This document shows positions 63,504-64,000 of a DNA stretch of 64,000 nucleotides, one piece after another. Numbering within the stretch: position 1 is the stretch's first letter; every line of letters starts with the position of its first letter. Source of the DNA: Alphaproteobacteria bacterium (GTDB taxonomy: Bacteria > Pseudomonadota > Alphaproteobacteria > Rickettsiales > SXRF01); NCBI GenBank assembly GCA_046344715.1, contig JBKDKX010000016.1:74202-138201 (forward strand), given 5' to 3'. Position numbers and translations under genes: made by a program. The notes under the pieces are model-generated. The model saw only the letters and a program-made list of their open reading frames with translations. It ran no database searches and was not told where the DNA came from.

Positions 63504-64000
63504 TGTTCGGCAAAAACCCTATAAGACCACCAGTTGCCGGTGATGGACAAGTGCTGGAGGTGAAATCCGTATTTGCCACGCTACAGGGCGAAGGTCCATA
63601 TGCTGGTGTTCCCGCCGTATTCATCCGGCTTGGCGGCTGCAACCTTGCCTGTACATTTTGTGATACGGAGTTTGAGGATTATACATCTGTAGCACTTGAA
63701 GATTTGCTAAATGACGTGGTTGCTAAAGCTACACATAAAGGTAAGAGCGTCAGGCATTTAATTGTCATTACCGGCGGTGAGCCATTGCGCCAGAATATTA
63801 CGCCGCTCTGTGAGGCATTGCTTGCAGCAGGATTTAAGGTGCAGATAGAAACCAATGGCACATTATACAGGCCACTTCCCACTGCGGTAGAAATTGTCTG
63901 TTCGCCTAAGAATACAGGGCAGGGGTATTTCCCTGTGCGGGAAGATCTGCTTTCACGTATCAATGCCCTTAAATTCATTATCTCAAAATCAAATACCCAG
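63503..64000 (+). CDS. queE: 7-carboxy-7-deazaguanine synthase (radical SAM); C-terminus lies beyond the window edge
   Basis: Own translation; the ORF is not in the track because it runs off the edge. The ATG overlaps the MAPEG stop (TAATG). Motifs FATLQGEGPYAGVPAVFIRLGGCNLACTFCDTEF (CxxxCxxC) and ITGGEPL. Confidence 0.85.
   Translation, partial: MFGKNPIRPPVAGDGQVLEVKSVFATLQGEGPYAGVPAVFIRLGGCNLACTFCDTEFEDYTSVALEDLLNDVVAKATHKGKSVRHLIVITGGEPLRQNITPLCEALLAAGFKVQIETNGTLYRPLPTAVEIVCSPKNTGQGYFPVREDLLSRINALKFIISKSNTQ

Overview
This is a chromosomal segment with alphaproteobacterial-type synteny. All calls come from reading the ORF translations and the DNA by eye; no database search was run. The conserved core blocks are: (1) tilS-cpoB-pal-tolB-tolA-tolR-tolQ-ybgC-ruvB-ruvA-ruvC-yebC, all on the minus strand; (2) suhB-efp-thiE-fbaB-pgk-gap-tkt; (3) dapA-smpB; (4) a complete biotin cluster, bioA/bioB divergent from bioF-bioH-bioC-bioD; (5) tsaB, phhB and miaB-phoH-ybeY-corC-lnt-XRE-metK-trmB; (6) metZ, a MAPEG gene and queE. 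The core is interrupted at 19953-27948 by an integrase-bearing island of about 8 kb inserted into the 3' end of tRNA-Ala(UGC). The island is bounded by perfect 21-bp direct repeats and has GTGTGACAT repeat arrays at both ends. Its cargo is a membrane-anchored unknown overlapping a secreted SNase-type nuclease, a basic unknown, and a two-gene cassette: a coiled-coil 2-TM protein plus a KAP-like P-loop NTPase. I regard that cassette as the best candidate for an undescribed conflict or defence system. Between the island and tRNA-Pro(UGG) at 39586-39662 lies a further accessory-looking stretch. It contains an orphan C-terminal-TM protein, TPMT, a 1813-aa TpsA-type exoprotein with no adjacent TpsB, and an AT-rich polytopic membrane protein with an apparent frameshifted tail. 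Small palindromic MITE/REP-like elements occur in two intergenic regions, and one appears in-frame inside trmB. I recognised no rRNA, CRISPR array or transposase.
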